Part shown: positions 62,975 to 64,000 of the stretch, in pieces
Layout of the letters: every line of letters starts with the position of its first letter
Numbering within the stretch: the first letter of the stretch is position 1
Source of the DNA: Octopus vulgaris
Taxonomy: Eukaryota
Direction: 5' to 3'
Length of the DNA stretch: 64,000 bases
Assembly: GCA_951406725.2 (NCBI GenBank)
Contig: OX597814.1
Span: 164,114,001-164,178,000, forward strand
Notes under the pieces: generated by a model
Told to the model about the DNA's origin: nothing
Database searches by the model: none
What the model saw: only the letters and a program-made list of their open reading frames with translations
Program-made: the position numbers and the translations under genes

Positions 62975-64000
62975 TTGCTTCTAGAACTCAGTTTTCCTGA
63001 CATGGGCGGGTCTTCTCTAGAACTTCATGTTGCCAGACATATCAGTCCATTGTCATTTTCTCCATGAGGCCCAACATCCTGAGATTGGTCCTTACCACTC
63101 CATCCCACATTTTCCTGGGTCTTCTTCTGTGGGCACCATCCATTTTCAGTGATCAGCGCTTCTTTGTGCATCTGTCCTCATTCATATGCATTACATGTCC
63201 AAACAAACATAGTCTTCTCTCTTGCATGTTACATTTGATTCTTCTTATGCCCAACTTTTCTCTCAATACATTTGCACTGATATTGTACATCAAACGGAGC
63301 ATACTACCTTCATTTCTCTCCAGTCTACACATGTCTTCTGCATTCAGAGCCCATGTCTCATTACCATGGAGTATAGCCATTCACACACAAGCATCATATA
63401 GTCTACCTTTCACTCCGAGAGTCCTTTTGTTGCCAACAGAGGTAATAGCTCTTTGAACTTCCTCCACCCAATTCTTATTCTAGAAACACTACTTTCAGAG
63501 CATCTTTCACCATTGCTAATTTGGTAACAGAAACTATCTACAACCTCAAGTGAGCCTCTTGGGCATTTGAGAGAACTAAGTCCCATTTGCTCTTAATGCT
63601 TATTGTTCCTGCACATTTGCCACATATGAAGACGACTTTATCTACCTGAGATTCCACTGCACCTCTTATGTGTTCATAGTTTACACTGGGTGCAGCAAAT
63701 GGAATTTCTTCCAACTCCTTTCCTACATATTGAGCCGGGCCATTTACCTGATGGAAAGAGAGTTTTATCTTCTTTCTTACTAACAACAACTTTGGTCTTA
63801 GCAAGGTTACCTTTATGGCCCTTTGATTCCAGGTTTTGTTTCCATACCTGTTCGTACACATGCGTCATACAGTCTACCTTTTACTCTGAGCGAGAGGCCC
63901 TTTGTCACCAGTAGAGGTAGTAGCTCTCTGAACTTTGCCCAGGCTATTCTTATTCTAGCAGCTACACTTTCAGAGCATCCACCCCCGCTTCTGATTTGGT
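62975..64000 (-). mobile_element. RTE LINE relic(s), running off the window end
   Basis: LHGNETWALNAEDMCRLERNE, MQERRLCLFGHVMHM, KWPGSICRKGVGRNSICC; a second fragment at ~63850-64000. Confidence 0.88.

Overview
AT-rich, repeat-dense animal genomic DNA. The repeat landscape (tRNA-derived SINEs, (GAT)n-tailed RTE LINEs, (TA)n and (AAT)n microsatellites) looks like Octopus/coleoid cephalopod; this is inference. Three spliced genes can be built by hand, and two of them are largely invisible to the ORF track. (1) TMX3 on the minus strand: coding exons 1-4 give a signal peptide and a WCGHC thioredoxin domain, and the gene probably continues beyond the left edge. (2) A complete PFDN4 (prefoldin 4, 133 aa) on the plus strand, head-to-head with TMX3 with 217 bp between the ATGs; its third intron is a minor-spliceosome AT-AC (U12-type) intron. 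(3) A 179-aa Pro/Tyr/Ser-rich protein, possibly FAM168-like, with candidate upstream exons and a long TE-free 3' region. The rest is mostly TE debris: mariner relics and MITEs, a TTAGGG-bearing MITE pair, RTE, CR1-like, Dong/R4 and Penelope relics, and several SINE families. The most notable observations are an intact-core type I hammerhead ribozyme in a Penelope-style inverted repeat on the sense strand of TMX3 intron 3, the AT-AC intron, and a tandem pair of stop+AATAAA alternative exons in TMX3 intron 2. TE boundaries are approximate, and no database searches or folding programs were run.
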